Below, in pieces: positions 49,557 through 59,248 of a stretch of DNA of 64,000 bases. The position numbers were made by a program, and so were the translations under genes. The notes beneath the pieces are model-generated. The model worked only from the letters and a program-made list of their open reading frames with translations. It was not told the DNA's origin and did no database searches. The stretch's first letter is position 1. Each line of letters starts with the position of its first letter. The DNA is from Prevotella sp. (GTDB lineage Bacteria; Bacillota_I; Bacilli_A; ML615J-28; CAG-313): positions 479,474-543,473 of the forward strand of contig JAMPDF010000001.1 of NCBI GenBank assembly GCA_023665755.1. Reading direction: 5' to 3'.

Positions 49557-50592
49557 ACCCTAAAAGTTTCTCCCTAATTTTTTGTTCAATTTCCTTAGCA
49601 AGTGTAGGGTTTTGTCTAAATAACTCTTTTACGTTTTCTCTTCCTTGTCCTAAACGCTCTCCCTCATATGAAAACCACGCACCAGCTTTGTCAACAATGT
49701 CCAAATTGGTTGCCATATCTAATACTTCTCCTTCATATGAAATACCCTTACCATAAATTAAATCAACTTCTGCAGTTTTGAATGGAGGGGCAACTTTGTT
49801 TTTCACAATTTTTACTCTTGTCAAATTACCAATAGCCTCTGTGCCTTGCTTGATTTGATCTACCCTTCGAATGTCCAAACGAATAGTTGCATAGAATTTC
49901 AATGCACGGCCACCAGATGTAGTTTCTGGACTACCAAATAATACACCCACTTTTTCCCGAATCTGATTGATAAAAATAGCAACAGTTTTACTTTTGTTAA
50001 TAATACCTGCTAATTTTCTCATCGCTTGGCTCATCAATCTTGCCTGTAAACCTACATGACTATCTCCCATATCTCCTTCAATTTCTGCCTTTGGAACTAG
50101 TGCTGCAACAGAATCAATAACAATAATGTCTACTGCATTACTTCTCACAAGTGCTTCAACAATTTCAAGTGCTTGCTCACCATTATCTGGTTGAGAGAGT
50201 AACAAATTATCTGTATCTACACCTAGTGCTTTTGCATATACTGGATCTAATGCATGTTCTGCATCGATAAATGCGGCATACCCACCTTTTTTTTGTGCTT
50301 CTGCAATTGCATGTAACGCAAATGTTGTTTTACCGCTTGATTCAGGTCCATAAATTTCGATAATTCTTCCTTTAGGATATCCTCCAACACCTAATGCAAT
50401 ATCAAGTGTAATCGAACCCGATGGAATGACTTCTATCTTTTCTTGACTAGCATCACCAAGTCTCATGATAGAACCTTTACCATATGTTTTTTCAATCGAT
50501 TTTAATGCATCGCTTAATGCCTTTTGCTTTGCGGAATCTTTAGTTGGTTGCTCAATATCTTCTATTTTCAATTGTTTTGCCTTTTCAGCCAT
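49555..50592 (-). CDS. recA: Recombinase RecA
   Basis: [32 protein letters not shown] Walker A, L1/L2 loops; 345 aa. Confidence 0.95.
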   Translation of the reverse strand: MAEKAKQLKIEDIEQPTKDSAKQKALSDALKSIEKTYGKGSIMRLGDASQEKIEVIPSGSITLDIALGVGGYPKGRIIEIYGPESSGKTTFALHAIAEAQKKGGYAAFIDAEHALDPVYAKALGVDTDNLLLSQPDNGEQALEIVEALVRSNAVDIIVIDSVAALVPKAEIEGDMGDSHVGLQARLMSQAMRKLAGIINKSKTVAIFINQIREKVGVLFGSPETTSGGRALKFYATIRLDIRRVDQIKQGTEAIGNLTRVKIVKNKVAPPFKTAEVDLIYGKGISYEGEVLDMATNLDIVDKAGAWFSYEGERLGQGRENVKELFRQNPTLAKEIEQKIREKLLG

Positions 50593-50604
50593 ACTATTCT
50601 CCTA

Positions 50605-51291
50605 TTATTTATTTTTTTGTTTTGTGCTTTTATCTTTTATTACATCTATGTTTTTGGCAAGATAATCATATCCACTGAAAATTGTGATGGCTAAAGTGGC
50701 CACAATAAGTATTTTTGCAACAATCACATATCCTAATGCTAAATCATGTATTCCTGAGCCATTGACAGTAACAGCTCCGCCTGCTAATAAAAACAATATT
50801 GTAACAAACTGAATGGTTGTTTTGATCTTGCCATACCAACTTGCCGCTATCACTTTTCCTTGTCCTGCCGCAAGCAAACGTATACCCGTTACCATAAACT
50901 CTCTTGCTAAAATAATCACAACCATCCACCAACATAATAAATTAGAAGTACCTACTGTTGTCCCAGATAAATTATAATACTCAACTGCTAATGCTTGATT
51001 TTCCATATTTTGTTGCAATAGAATAATGAAAGCCGTTGATGTAAGCAGTTTATCCGCAAGTGGATCTAGAAATTTTCCAAAGTTCGTCACTAAATTGTGT
51101 TTTCTAGCAATATGTCCATCTAAAAAGTCAGTTAGTGCACCAATAAACACGAGTAATAAAATAATAAAATTAGCTTGTGATAAATTTGGAAATAAAATGC
51201 TATTCATTCTCAAATAGTCAATGGAATAGACAATCATCATAATAGGTATCAAAAGAATTCTAAAAATGGTTAATTTATTGGGTAAATTCAT
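50605..51291 (-). CDS. pgsA: CDP-alcohol phosphatidyltransferase (PgsA-like phosphatidylglycerophosphate synthase)
   Basis: DFLDGHIARKHNLVTNFGKFLDPLADK (D-G-x2-A-R...G-x3-D-x3-D motif); position upstream of recA as in Bacillus. Symbol tentative. Confidence 0.7.
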   Translation of the reverse strand: MNLPNKLTIFRILLIPIMMIVYSIDYLRMNSILFPNLSQANFIILLLVFIGALTDFLDGHIARKHNLVTNFGKFLDPLADKLLTSTAFIILLQQNMENQALAVEYYNLSGTTVGTSNLLCWWMVVIILAREFMVTGIRLLAAGQGKVIAASWYGKIKTTIQFVTILFLLAGGAVTVNGSGIHDLALGYVIVAKILIVATLAITIFSGYDYLAKNIDVIKDKSTKQKNK

Positions 51292-51425
51292 GACTACACC
51301 TCTTTTGTGAACATTATACCATAAATCATTCTTTTATGCAAGTTTAAAAACCCCTTTTATCTTGCAAATTGATAGATAAAAATGTCGATATTTTCGAAAA
51401 AAAGTTTAGGCCTATACCTAAACTT

Positions 51426-53150
51426 TTAATTGTCAACTATTCCTTGATGATATAGTTTTTCATAGAATCCTTTTTGTGCAAGGAGCGTTTGATGATTTCC
51501 AACCTCTACAATATTTCCTTTGTTCATAACAATAATCATATCGGCTTCACGAATGGTTGAAAGCCTATGTGCGATGACAAAACTTGTTCTTCCATTCATC
51601 ATATAATTAAATGCTTCCACAATCTTCTTCTCTGTTCTTGTATCAATGGAAGATGTTGCTTCATCTAATATAACAACATCTGGTACCATCATCATTAATC
51701 TCGCAATAGTAATCAATTGTTTTTCTCCTTGTGAAAGTCCTGATGTTGCATTAATCATTGTGTCATATCCTTGAGGAAGACGTCTAATAAAGCTATCCGC
51801 ATGTGCAAGTTTAGCGGCTTGAATTACCTCATCTTTTGTTGCATCTGGTTTAGCATAAGCAATATTTTCAAAAACAGTGCCTTTAAAAATCCAAGTATCT
51901 TGTAAAACCAAGCCATATGTTTTTCTTAAATTTTCCTTTTGAATATGCAATGTATTTTCACCATCAATATAAATGCCACCACTAACAGGGTCATAGTATC
52001 TAAGCAACAAGTTAATCATTGTTGTTTTTCCACAACCAGTTGGTCCAACAATGGCCACCTTTTGTCCCTTTTCAATAGTTAGATTAAAATCTGTAATGAG
52101 GGGCTTTTCTGGTATATAAGAAAAAGCAACATGTCTAAATTCTACCCTATCTACTGGTAGTGCAATATACTGAGTTCCTTCATCAATTTCATTTGGTTCT
52201 GCTAATACATTTTCAACTCGCTTATAAGAAGCAAATGCGGATTGAACCTCGCTGATTACACCTGATATTTCATTAAATGGCTTGGTATATTGATTGGCAT
52301 AAGTTAAAAAGGAAGAAAGTTTGCCGACTGTGAAAAGTTTTGTTGGATCTTCTATTACCAAAATGGCTCCAACAATACCCACTAAAGCATATACTAATCC
52401 ATTAACAAACCGCGTACAAGGATTGGTTGTAGAAGAAACAAACTGGGCATGTATTCCTACATCATATAATTCCTGATTCATCTTTTCAAATGATTGAATG
52501 GCTTGTTCTTCATAACACAAACTCTTTACTTTTTTTTGATTGGTGACCATTTCTAAAATATATCCGTTTAATACCCCTTTCGCTTTAGCTTGTTTTACAA
52601 AATATTGATGTGATTTCTTTGAAATGAATGCTGCAACAAATAAGGATAACGGAGTAACAAGAACAACAATAAGTGCTACCTCCCATTTGATGATAAACAT
52701 AAAAACCAAAGTAGCTACAATCATAATTACACCACGATATAATTGTTTAAATCCTTGTAATAATCCATTGGATACTTGCTCAATATCTGAAATTAAGAGA
52801 CTAACGATATCACCATGGCGATGACTATCTACATAGGCAAGTGGCAAATGCGTAATTTTAGAGAAAGTCTCTTTTCTTAAGTCCAATACCATTCCCTCTG
52901 ATACAACAGACATAATGTATTCATACAAATAACCAAAGATATTGCCTATCACAATACAAATTGCCATTTGAAGTAATATAGGATACAATGACTCAAAATA
53001 AACTGCACCTTTATCCACAATATTGTCTACTGCATCCCCCACCAATACTGGTATATATAATGTTGCCATAACATTAATGAGTGCTAACCCCAATATCAAA
53101 ATAATCCATCCTGTATACTTGCTTAATCGTTTCCATAAATGCTTAAGCAT
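51426..53150 (-). CDS. ABC exporter, fused permease-ATPase (heterodimer subunit B)
   Basis: Six-TM domain plus NBD (GPTGCGKTT, LSQGEKQLITIAR, ILDEATSSID). Start placed at the internal Met (MLKHLWKRL), overlapping the upstream stop by 8 nt. Confidence 0.85.
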   Translation of the reverse strand: MLKHLWKRLSKYTGWIILILGLALINVMATLYIPVLVGDAVDNIVDKGAVYFESLYPILLQMAICIVIGNIFGYLYEYIMSVVSEGMVLDLRKETFSKITHLPLAYVDSHRHGDIVSLLISDIEQVSNGLLQGFKQLYRGVIMIVATLVFMFIIKWEVALIVVLVTPLSLFVAAFISKKSHQYFVKQAKAKGVLNGYILEMVTNQKKVKSLCYEEQAIQSFEKMNQELYDVGIHAQFVSSTTNPCTRFVNGLVYALVGIVGAILVIEDPTKLFTVGKLSSFLTYANQYTKPFNEISGVISEVQSAFASYKRVENVLAEPNEIDEGTQYIALPVDRVEFRHVAFSYIPEKPLITDFNLTIEKGQKVAIVGPTGCGKTTMINLLLRYYDPVSGGIYIDGENTLHIQKENLRKTYGLVLQDTWIFKGTVFENIAYAKPDATKDEVIQAAKLAHADSFIRRLPQGYDTMINATSGLSQGEKQLITIARLMMMVPDVVILDEATSSIDTRTEKKIVEAFNYMMNGRTSFVIAHRLSTIREADMIIVMNKGNIVEVGNHQTLLAQKGFYEKLYHQGIVDN

Positions 53151-54873
53151 ATTCTTCACCTCTTGATTCTTGGGAAGCACAGATTTCTTGATATACCTCA
53201 CAACTATCTATCAATGATTGGTGTGTTCCCATTCCCATCATTTTTCCTTCATCTAAAACGAGGATTTGATTCGCTTCTTTTAAACTGCTTGCTCGTTGAG
53301 ATATGATGATACACGTCATATCTTTCGCGAAATCTCGAATTCCCTTTCTTACTTTAGCATCCGTCATATAGTCAAGGGCGCTAGTTGAGTCATCCAAAAT
53401 GAGTAGTTTTGGTTGTTTAACTAGTGCCATAGCAATAGATATTCTTTGTTTTTGTCCACCCGAAAAATTCCTACCATTTTCTTCTACTACGCTATCCAAT
53501 CCACCTTTTTCTAACACGAAATCAACTGCCTGCGCAACCTCTAAAGCCTTCATCATTTCTTCATCTGTTGCCATTGGCGCAGCCATTTGTAAATTTGAAC
53601 GAATAGTTCCTTTAAACAAAACTGCCTTTTGTTGGACTAAACCAATTGATGAACGAAGCGTGTGCAAATCTATCGTTTGAATTGGTTTTCCACTATAATC
53701 AATCGCTCCTGTAGTTACATCAAAATAACGCTCTATTAATTGGACAATGGTTGATTTACCTGATCCGGTTCCCCCAATAATACCTAGTGTTTGGCCCTTT
53801 TTCAGTGTAAAACTAATATCTTCAATTGATGTCTCTGTAATCACATCATAGGCAAATGAAACGTGTTGAAAAACAAGTAAATCCTCTGTTTCTTCATTTA
53901 ATGTTGATACACTCCCATTTTCTATTGAAGAATCTAGAGAAAGTAGAGCATCACATCTCTTCAAAGAAGCATAAGCTTTAGTAAAAATAACAACTAAGTT
54001 ACTTACTACTATTAATGCCAATAAAATTTGATTCATATAATTGACAAGCGCAATTACTTCTCCTTGAGATAGAGTACCCATTTCAACCATTCTACCACCA
54101 AAATATAAAATAGCAATCACTGAAAAGTTGGCCACAATGGTAGTCAAAGGATTCAATAATGCTGAAATTTTAGCAATAGTGAGCGCTTCTTTTTGATATT
54201 TCTTTACCTCTTTTTCAAAGCGTTCTTCTTCCTTTGCTTGCATAGCAAAACCTCTTACTTCTCTTGCCCCTTTTAAATTTTCACTTGTAATGACACTTAA
54301 ATCATCTAATTTATCTTGTACTTTCGTATACCGTTTTGAACTTGCTTTGATAACAAAATACAAAATAAGCGCTATAAAAATCACCATTACTAAAAAAATG
54401 ATTCCTATTTTGAGATTGATAATGCAAGCAGCTATTAGACTTCCTAATACCAAAAAAGGCGCTCGTACAACCAAACGAATGAGCATTGCTACTGCAAGTT
54501 GCAATTGATTAATATCGTTACTCATAATATTGATTAATGCATCACTACCCACCTTTTCTAGTTCTTTGGGCGATAAACTATTGATTTTTCGAAAAATAGC
54601 ATTTCTCAGTAATGTACCATACCCTTGTGAAGCTCTTGATGCATTAAATTGACAAACAAGCGAGCTACCAAGCCCTAATATTCCTAATACAATAATGATA
54701 GCACCGACACTATAAATATAAGTTTTATTTTGATATTTGACTCCTTCATCAATAATAAGTGCCATTAAAATAGGTACTATCAATTCAAAAATAGCTTCAA
54801 TCAATTTAAATATGGGCCCTATAATCAGCCTTTTCGTAAATGGCTTCAAATAATGCGTACATTGATCTTTCAT
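53143..54873 (-). CDS. ABC exporter, fused permease-ATPase (heterodimer subunit A)
   Basis: Six TM plus NBD (GGTGSGKST, FSGGQKQRISIA, ILDDSTSALD). Confidence 0.85.
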   Translation of the reverse strand: MKDQCTHYLKPFTKRLIIGPIFKLIEAIFELIVPILMALIIDEGVKYQNKTYIYSVGAIIIVLGILGLGSSLVCQFNASRASQGYGTLLRNAIFRKINSLSPKELEKVGSDALINIMSNDINQLQLAVAMLIRLVVRAPFLVLGSLIAACIINLKIGIIFLVMVIFIALILYFVIKASSKRYTKVQDKLDDLSVITSENLKGAREVRGFAMQAKEEERFEKEVKKYQKEALTIAKISALLNPLTTIVANFSVIAILYFGGRMVEMGTLSQGEVIALVNYMNQILLALIVVSNLVVIFTKAYASLKRCDALLSLDSSIENGSVSTLNEETEDLLVFQHVSFAYDVITETSIEDISFTLKKGQTLGIIGGTGSGKSTIVQLIERYFDVTTGAIDYSGKPIQTIDLHTLRSSIGLVQQKAVLFKGTIRSNLQMAAPMATDEEMMKALEVAQAVDFVLEKGGLDSVVEENGRNFSGGQKQRISIAMALVKQPKLLILDDSTSALDYMTDAKVRKGIRDFAKDMTCIIISQRASSLKEANQILVLDEGKMMGMGTHQSLIDSCEVYQEICASQESRGEEYA

Positions 54874-54897
54874 TTTATCTACTCCTTTTGTATATAT

Positions 54898-55365
54898 CTA
54901 CTGATGATTATATTTTCCGCTACTCATATGATTCAAATCTGTTTGAATTTCATCAATCAAACGGGTCAAATATTCACTATAAGCAAGGGATTCTTCTAAA
55001 AAACGGGTTAAATAATTGGCTTTCATCTCTTCACTACATTGATTCATTTCATGATATTTAAAGTATTGATGAACCAATTGATTTCGTTTTGATAGTAAAC
55101 TCTCTAAATAATCTGTATCATCGATTCCCAACAATTCATATTTTTTCACTATACCAATCAATTCGCCAAAAGTCATATTCGTCATTTTTTTGGCTAGAAC
55201 GGTTGTGTCTTCTTCTACCTTTTGAAACAAATGGGGTGAAACAATTTTATATTTTTCAAATAATTGAAGTAATCTTTTATACTTCACTCCTCGTATCAAA
55301 TCATATTCAATCTGTTGTACCGATTCAATAATCCTTCCCACTAAAGCGTAATTTTTTTCTTCCAT
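54898..55365 (-). CDS. Hypothetical helical protein with HEPN-like Rx4HxY motif
   Basis: 155 aa; ...SKRNQLVHQYF... matches the Rx4-6H (Rx4HxY, HepT-like) HEPN signature; no nucleotidyltransferase partner nearby. Confidence 0.45.
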   Translation of the reverse strand: MEEKNYALVGRIIESVQQIEYDLIRGVKYKRLLQLFEKYKIVSPHLFQKVEEDTTVLAKKMTNMTFGELIGIVKKYELLGIDDTDYLESLLSKRNQLVHQYFKYHEMNQCSEEMKANYLTRFLEESLAYSEYLTRLIDEIQTDLNHMSSGKYNHQ

Positions 55366-55376
55366 AACTTTTCCTC

Positions 55377-56102
55377 TTAATACAAAGAATGAATTCTTGC
55401 TTTATAGGCCTCATACAATGCTTGATTATGCGTGTCTCCTCCTGGAGTATTGGCACTTTGATAAATAGGTGGGGTTATCCCTTTTTCTTTATATTTTTCA
55501 ATAATATGGAGAACTAAACTTTGAGCAATGAAACTTCCTATAATGCTTGAAACAGCACCAATAGGGGTATTTTCATAAGCAAGTACACCATCTCCAAAAG
55601 GAACATGATTATCGATTACGATATCTGCAATTTCATATAATCTTTTTTGTTGAAGGGTTCTAGGTTTACTTTGCGATGACATCTCTACACTTGTTACTGC
55701 AATAACAGGATGACCATCTTGCTTGGCTAACATCGCCATTTCAACTGGTACAGCATTTATTCCCGAATTAGAAACAATAATAAAAGGTTCTTTGGGTAGC
55801 TTTTGAATAGAACGATAAATTTCTGTAGCAAATCCTGGCAAACGTTCTAGATGTGTGCTCCGAATCGCACCTTCATGTTGCATTAGACTAGGCACGAATA
55901 TTGGATTAATGGGTACTAGACCCCCTGCACGATAAAACAATTCTTCCATAAACATATGTGAGTGTCCTGTAGCAAAAACATGCACTACCAATTGATTCGT
56001 AAAACTTTCAAATAATAAATTCGCAGCTTGTTGGATTGCGCTTTGTTCTTTTTTTTCTACTAATTCCAGTCTTTTTTCAACTTGTTCTAAAAATTCTTTC
56101 AT
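55377..56102 (-). CDS. SIS-domain protein (sugar isomerase/phosphosugar-binding fold)
   Basis: SIS-like VSNSGINAVPVEMA...; start uncertain (56102 with weak GGTGA RBS, or 56129). Confidence 0.55.
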   Translation of the reverse strand: MKEFLEQVEKRLELVEKKEQSAIQQAANLLFESFTNQLVVHVFATGHSHMFMEELFYRAGGLVPINPIFVPSLMQHEGAIRSTHLERLPGFATEIYRSIQKLPKEPFIIVSNSGINAVPVEMAMLAKQDGHPVIAVTSVEMSSQSKPRTLQQKRLYEIADIVIDNHVPFGDGVLAYENTPIGAVSSIIGSFIAQSLVLHIIEKYKEKGITPPIYQSANTPGGDTHNQALYEAYKARIHSLY

Positions 56103-56278
56103 ATCATCACCAGTTCCATATTGTAACATAAATTATATTTTTTTTCAATTATTAAGAAAAGACATTTTTTATTATTTTCGCCTATTTTACTTATTCATTT
56201 ATAGAATAATCATCCTTTTTTTCTTATCTTTTTATATTGAATTTAACATTTTTTTGTAAATTATAAGTGTATTTTTGT

Positions 56279-56462
56279 TGCAATTAAAATTTTTTTCAGT
56301 ATAATTGCACCTAGTGAAAACGAGAACAAGGCCCTTTGGCAAACAAAGTGCTTACATGAATGGAGGATAAAGATTTATTAAATATCTAAATCTTCGTTTC
56401 TATATTTAATAAATTTTTAGAATACCAATTGTGCTGCTGAGGGCTATTGCCCTCATTTTTTA
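56279..56462 (+). promoter_or_regulatory. Promoter plus leader with intrinsic terminator (candidate attenuator) upstream of uracil permease
   Basis: TTGCAA-17-TATAAT (56279-56308); 13-bp AT-only perfect inverted repeat GATTTATTAAATAT...ATATTTAATAAAT (56385-56428); terminator GAGGGCtattGCCCTC+TTTTTTATT at 56440-56466; no PyrR-box (CCAGAGAGG) detected. Confidence 0.45.
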
Positions 56463-56504
56463 TTGGCCTCATCTTGTTTCACACCAAAATCAAAGGAGGA
56501 GAAT

Positions 56505-57863
56505 ATGTCAGAAAACAAAAATTTAATTCTTGACGTAAACGACAGACCAAAAACAGGTAAATGGATTGCGCTTAGTTTCCAACATGTTTTTGCAATGTTC
56601 AGTGCTACTGTGTTAGTACCCATGTTAACCGGATTATCTATCTCTGTTGCCTTATTTGCATCAGGTGTAGGAACACTTATCTACATTCTATGTACCAAAG
56701 CAAGGGTACCCATTTATTTAGGTTCTAGTTTTGCTTATATTGCTTATATTCAAACGGCAAAAGAATTATTAGGTGGAAGTATGGCTAGTGCAATGACAGG
56801 TATTGTGATTGCTGGTATCATTTATGTGATTATTGCTTTAGTAATTCGACTTGTCGGTGTCAAGTGGTTAAATAAACTACTCCCACCAATTGTTGTTGGT
56901 CCAACGATTATGGTCATTGGATTAGGACTTGCATCTAGCGCTGTATCTAATGCAGGATTTTTTGTAGATGGTACTCCATATGATTATCGTTCTATTATTG
57001 TGGCTGTTGCCACAATGCTATTGATTGCTGTAATATCTATTAAAGCAAAAGGATTCTTAAAAGTTATTCCCTTCTTACTCGGTATTGTTGGTGGATATAT
57101 TATAGCTATTCTTGTTGGTTTTATTCCAAATGGTGATTTTGGTGCAATTATTGACTTTGAACCTTTAAAAGAAGTTATTACAACTCCTAGCCAGTGGTTT
57201 AAATTCCCAGAATTTACCTTCCTTGGATGGAAAGATGCTGAACTTGGTCTTGGTATTTCAATGGCAAAAATTAATTTTGCTGCCGCAGTATCAGTTATCC
57301 CTCTTGCTTTTGTAACAATTTGTGAACACATTGGTGACCATAAAGTGTTAGGATCGATTACTGGTAAAGATTATCTAAGCGACCCAGGTCTTCATCGTAC
57401 CTTACTTGGAGATGGTGTTGCAACAGTATTCGCTGGATTAATTGGTGGACCTGCTAATACTTCTTATGGTGAAAATACATCTGTTGTAGGTATGACTAAA
57501 ATTGGTTCTGTTTGGGTTACTGGTGGAGCCGCTGTTATTGCCATTTTGCTTTCTTTCTGTAATATTTTTACCACTTTAATCGCAACTATCCCCGCTGCAG
57601 TAATGGGTGGTGTTTGTATGATTCTTTATGGCTTCATTGCTGCAAATGGTCTTCGTACACTTATTGATTCTAAAGTAGATATGTCTAAGACAAGAAATCT
57701 AATTATTGTATCTGTTATGCTAGTTATTGGTCTTGGTGGTGGTGCATTAAAATTCACAACTGATATCCAATTCTCTGGTATGGCTCTTGCAACTATCTTT
57801 GGTATCTTGCTCAATGTAATTTTGCCTAAAGAAAGTGAAGAAAAAAGAATTTCAAAAGAATAA
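56505..57863 (+). CDS. Uracil/xanthine permease (NCS2/NAT family, PyrP/UraA-like)
   Basis: Start at MSENKNL with an AAAGGAGGAG RBS; NAT signature region and 12-14 TM profile. Confidence 0.85.
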   Translation: MSENKNLILDVNDRPKTGKWIALSFQHVFAMFSATVLVPMLTGLSISVALFASGVGTLIYILCTKARVPIYLGSSFAYIAYIQTAKELLGGSMASAMTGIVIAGIIYVIIALVIRLVGVKWLNKLLPPIVVGPTIMVIGLGLASSAVSNAGFFVDGTPYDYRSIIVAVATMLLIAVISIKAKGFLKVIPFLLGIVGGYIIAILVGFIPNGDFGAIIDFEPLKEVITTPSQWFKFPEFTFLGWKDAELGLGISMAKINFAAAVSVIPLAFVTICEHIGDHKVLGSITGKDYLSDPGLHRTLLGDGVATVFAGLIGGPANTSYGENTSVVGMTKIGSVWVTGGAAVIAILLSFCNIFTTLIATIPAAVMGGVCMILYGFIAANGLRTLIDSKVDMSKTRNLIIVSVMLVIGLGGGALKFTTDIQFSGMALATIFGILLNVILPKESEEKRISKE

Positions 57864-57978
57864 TTCACAAAAGTGTACTTTTAAAAGGTACACTTTTTTT
57901 CTTGCAAACGATTACTAAACCGTTTTGCTTTGTTAATTTTTCTTTTTAAGGTAAAATATGCTCAAATGAGGTGAACAT

Positions 57979-59223
57979 ATGAAAAAAGGATCTATCTTAG
58001 TTGGTCAATCAGGCGGCCCTACTGCGGTCATTAATGCCAGTCTAGCTGGTATAATAGAAGAAGCCAAATTACACACAGAAATTGATACAGTATATGGTGC
58101 ACTAAACGGCATTGATGGCATTATTCATCACCATATTATTGATTTATATGCTGAGTCATTAGAAACAATTGAATTACTGAAAACTACCCCCAGTTCTATT
58201 CTTGGTTCTATTCGGTTTAAATTACCGAATCCAAACTTAGATGATACCATTCACAAAAAAATTGTATCTGTTTTTCAATCATTACAGATCAAATGTTTTT
58301 TCTATATTGGTGGTAACGATTCTATGGATACCTGTCTCAACTTAAGTCAATATTTTCAAAGTATTGGTTTTGACTGTATGGTAATTGGTGTACCCAAAAC
58401 AATTGACAATGACCTAGTTGGAACAGATCATACTCCAGGCTATGGTTCGAGCATCAAGTTTATTGCTACCTCAATTGCGGAAATTTATCAAGATATTGCT
58501 TGCTATCCCAAAGGAAGAGTAACGATTGTTGAAATCATGGGACGTGATGCAGGGTGGCTAACAGCTGGAACTAAACTGGCAAGTTTAACCAATTGTGGTC
58601 CTGATTTAATATATTTACCTGAAATTGCTTTTGATATGGATGATTTTCTTCAAAAAGTGTCCTCTGTCTATCACAAAAAAGGACATGCCCTTATAGCCGT
58701 TTCTGAAGGAATCAAGGATCAAAATGGAACTTATATCCTCCAATATCGTTCCTTCAATAATGAGGATGATTTTGGACATTTACAATTGGGTGGGGTTGCA
58801 CAATTATTAGCAGAACGTGTCAGTCAAAGGCTACATTTACCTATCCGGAGTATTGAATTGAATTTACCTCAAAGATGTTCTTCCCACCTTTCTTCACTAA
58901 CCGATATCAATGAGGCTTATAATTGTGGTAAATATGCAGTCCAATTTGCACTAGCTGGATATACAGGCCAAATGGTGACAATGAAAAGAACAGAAAATTA
59001 TACGATTCAATACCAATTGATTCCTTTGCAAAATATTGCCAACTTGGTCAAACAAGTTCCTCTTCATTTTATTGATCCTGAAAACGCCGATATCACATCT
59101 TCCTTTATAGACTATGCTTTGCCTTTAATTCAAGGAGAACCCTATACTCAGTTTGAAAATGGAATGCCTAAATTTGCTAAATTGAAAAAACAATATGTAA
59201 TAATCAACAAAACACACAAGTAA
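57979..59223 (+). CDS. 6-phosphofructokinase, probably PPi-dependent
   Basis: PFK fold; GGNDS (Asp at the E. coli Gly104 position) and PKTIDNDL (Lys at the Gly124 position) are the diagnostic residues of PPi-PFKs. Confidence 0.75.
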   Translation: MKKGSILVGQSGGPTAVINASLAGIIEEAKLHTEIDTVYGALNGIDGIIHHHIIDLYAESLETIELLKTTPSSILGSIRFKLPNPNLDDTIHKKIVSVFQSLQIKCFFYIGGNDSMDTCLNLSQYFQSIGFDCMVIGVPKTIDNDLVGTDHTPGYGSSIKFIATSIAEIYQDIACYPKGRVTIVEIMGRDAGWLTAGTKLASLTNCGPDLIYLPEIAFDMDDFLQKVSSVYHKKGHALIAVSEGIKDQNGTYILQYRSFNNEDDFGHLQLGGVAQLLAERVSQRLHLPIRSIELNLPQRCSSHLSSLTDINEAYNCGKYAVQFALAGYTGQMVTMKRTENYTIQYQLIPLQNIANLVKQVPLHFIDPENADITSSFIDYALPLIQGEPYTQFENGMPKFAKLKKQYVIINKTHK

Positions 59224-59243
59224 AATTTACTTGTGTGTTTTGT
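59206..59243. terminator. Bidirectional terminator between convergent pfk and pyrG
   Basis: AACAAAACACACAAGTAAA-att-TTACTTGTGTGTTTTGT, overlapping the pfk stop. Confidence 0.7.
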
Positions 59244-59248
59244 CTATT

